A stretch of 63,082 bases of DNA, the filler included, from Octopus bimaculoides (lineage: Eukaryota), in NCBI RefSeq assembly GCF_001194135.2. It is 6 parts of 5 records of this genome, joined end to end, with 100 filler letters (N's around TTAATTAATTAA, not from the genome) between each part and the next. Parts side by side here need not be neighbours in the genome. Positions count along the whole stretch, not along the records: positions 58,063 to 63,082 come from NC_068982.1; 5 more parts are not named here. One strand, written 5' to 3'. Shown piece by piece: positions 61,006 to 63,082 of the stretch; position 1 is the stretch's first letter, and every line of letters begins with the position of its first letter. A program made the position numbers and the translations under genes. The notes beneath the pieces were generated by a model that saw only the letters and a program-made list of their open reading frames with translations, made no database searches and was not told where the DNA came from.

Positions 61006-63082
61006 CGGCAGAACGGACGCACGTTCCATTCATTTTCGTCCAGAAAGCACCTACGCTCACGCGAAATGTACGGACGCACGTACCGTTCATTTTCACCCAG
61101 AAAGGACGTACGCTAACGCGAAATGAACGGACGCCGGTACCGTTCATATGCACCCAGATCACACGTATGCTCAAGCGGAACGAACGGACGCTCGTACCGT
61201 TCATTTTCGCCCAGAAAGCATGTCCGCTCACGCGAAACGAATGGACGCACGTACCGTTCATTTTCGCCTAGAACGGACGTACGCTCACGCGAAAGGAACG
61301 GACGTACGTTTTGTTCATTTTCGCCCAGAACGCCCGTACGCTCACGCGAAACGTGCGGACGCACGAACCGTTCATTTTCGCCCAGAACGCACGTACACTC
61401 ACGCGAAGCAAACGGACGCACGAACCGTTCATTTTCACCCAGATGGGACGTACGCACACGCGAAACGAACGGACGCAGGTACCGTTCATATTCACCCAGA
61501 ACACTCATACGCTCACGCGAAACGAACGGACGCACTATTTTTTCATTTTCGACCGGAACGCACTTANNNNNNNNNNNNNNNNNNNNNNNNNNNNNNNNNN
61601 NNNNNNNNNNNNNNNNNNNNNNNNNNNNNNNNNNNNNNNNNNNNNNNNNNNNNNNNNNNNNNNNNNNNNNNNNNNNNNNNNNNNNNNNNNNNNNNNNNNN
61701 NNNNNNNNNNNNNNNNNNNNNNNNNNNNNNNNNNNNNNNNNNNNNNNNNNNNNNNNNNNNNNNNNNNNNNNNNNNNNNNNNNNNNNNNNNNNNNNNNNNN
61801 NNNNNNNNNNNNNNNNNNNNNNNNNNNNNNNNNNNNNNNNNNNNNNNNNNNNNNNNNNNNNNNNNNNNNNNNNNNNNNNNNNNNNNNNNNNNNNNNNNNN
61901 NNNNNNNNNNNNNNNNNNNNNNNNNNNNNNNNNNNNNNNNNNNNNNNNNNNNNNNNNNNNNNNNNNNNNNNNNNNNNNNNNNNNNNNNNNNNNNNNNNNN
62001 NNNNNNNNNNNNNNNNNNNNNNNNNNNNNNNNNNNNNNNNNNNNNNNNNNNNNNNNNNNNNNNNNNNNNNNNNNNNNNNNNNNNNNNNNNNNNNNNNNNN
62101 NNNNNNNNNNNNNNNNNNNNNNNNNNNNNNNNNNNNNNNNNNNNNNNNNNNNNNNNNNNNNNNNNNNNNNNNNNNNNNNNNNNNNNNNNNNNNNNNNNNN
62201 NNNNNNNNNNNNNNNNNNNNNNNNNNNNNNNNNNNNNNNNNNNNNNNNNNNNNNNNNNNNNNNNNNNNNNNNNNNNNNNNNNNNNNNNNNNNNNNNNNNN
62301 NNNNNNNNNNNNNNNNNNNNNNNNNNNNNNNNNNNNNNNNNNNNNNNNNNNNNNNNNNNNNNNNNNNNNNNNNNNNNNNNNNNNNNNNNNNNNNNNNNNN
62401 NNNNNNNNNNNNNNNNNNNNNNNNNNGCGAAATGGACGGATGCACATTCGATAGATTTTCGACCAGAACGGATGTACGCTCATGCGAAACGGACGAACGC
62501 GCATACAGTTCATTTTCGCGCAGAAGGCACGTACGCTCACGCGTAACCGACGGACGCACGTACCGTTCATTTTCGCCCAGATAACACGTACGCTCACGCG
62601 AAATGAACGGACGAACGTCGCGTTCATATTCGCCAAGGACGGACGTACGTTCACGCGAATCGAACGGACGAACGTATCGTTCATTTTCGCCCAGAAAGGA
62701 CGTATGCTCAAGTGAAACAAACGGACGCACGTACCGTTCATTTTCGCCCAGAACACACTTACGCTCACGCTAAACGGAAGGATCTACGTACCGTTCATTT
62801 TCACCCAGAACGCACGTACGCTCACGTGAATCGAACGGACGCATGTTCCGTTCATTTTCACCCAGAACGCACGTACGCTCACGCGAATCAAACGGACGCA
62901 CGTTCCTTTCATTTTCGACCGGAACGCACGTACGCTCACGCGAAAGGAACAGACGCACGTACCGTTCATTTCGCCCAGAACGCACGTAAACTCATGCGAA
63001 ACGAACGGACGCACTACCGTTCATTTTCACCCAGATGGGACGTACGCACACGCGAAACGAACGGACGCAGGTACCGTTCATG
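61006..63082. repeat. CpG-rich 57-bp tandem satellite (with an internal gap; continues past the window)
   Basis: cccag anchors at 61324, 61381, 61438 and 61495 give a period of 57. Consensus is approximately gaacggacgcacgtaccgttcattttcgcccagaacgcacgtacgctcacgcgaaac. Confidence 0.95.

Noticed and set aside
61006-63082. CRISPR array or 19-aa repeat protein
   Set aside because: Units are contiguous with no unique spacers, the context is eukaryotic with no cas genes, and stops occur in some units (e.g. TAG near 61269).

Overview
Animal genomic scaffold, most likely a cephalopod (Octopus). This is an inference from the SINE/LINE repertoire, the heavy microsatellite load and a mollusc-type 18S fragment. 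The window is AT-rich and heavily gapped, and five fixed 100-bp spacers (44 N + TTAATTAATTAA + 44 N) show that it is stitched from about six segments. Only one convincing host-gene element is present: a ~1.5-kb first coding exon on the minus strand (38429-39926; 480 codons, Ser/Thr-rich, with a frabin/FGD-like KVSDLxSxFE motif). Most of the rest is transposon debris: a Tigger/pogo transposase, an RTE-type LINE, a hAT element carrying a nested mariner and an internal tandem duplication, a hAT-Charlie/Buster element, an RT-deleted Gypsy element with both LTRs, a non-autonomous Helitron with both termini, two Dong/R4-type LINE remnants, a Penelope endonuclease remnant, hAT MITEs and at least four SINE-like families. 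The window ends in an 18S rRNA fragment, an interlocked double inverted repeat and a CpG-rich 57-bp satellite. I found no clearly new multi-gene system. The most notable structures are the 18S/pseudoknot/satellite junction, two long hairpins, SINE multimers and an inverted SINE pair flanking the large exon. All assignments were made by eye from motifs; no database search was run.
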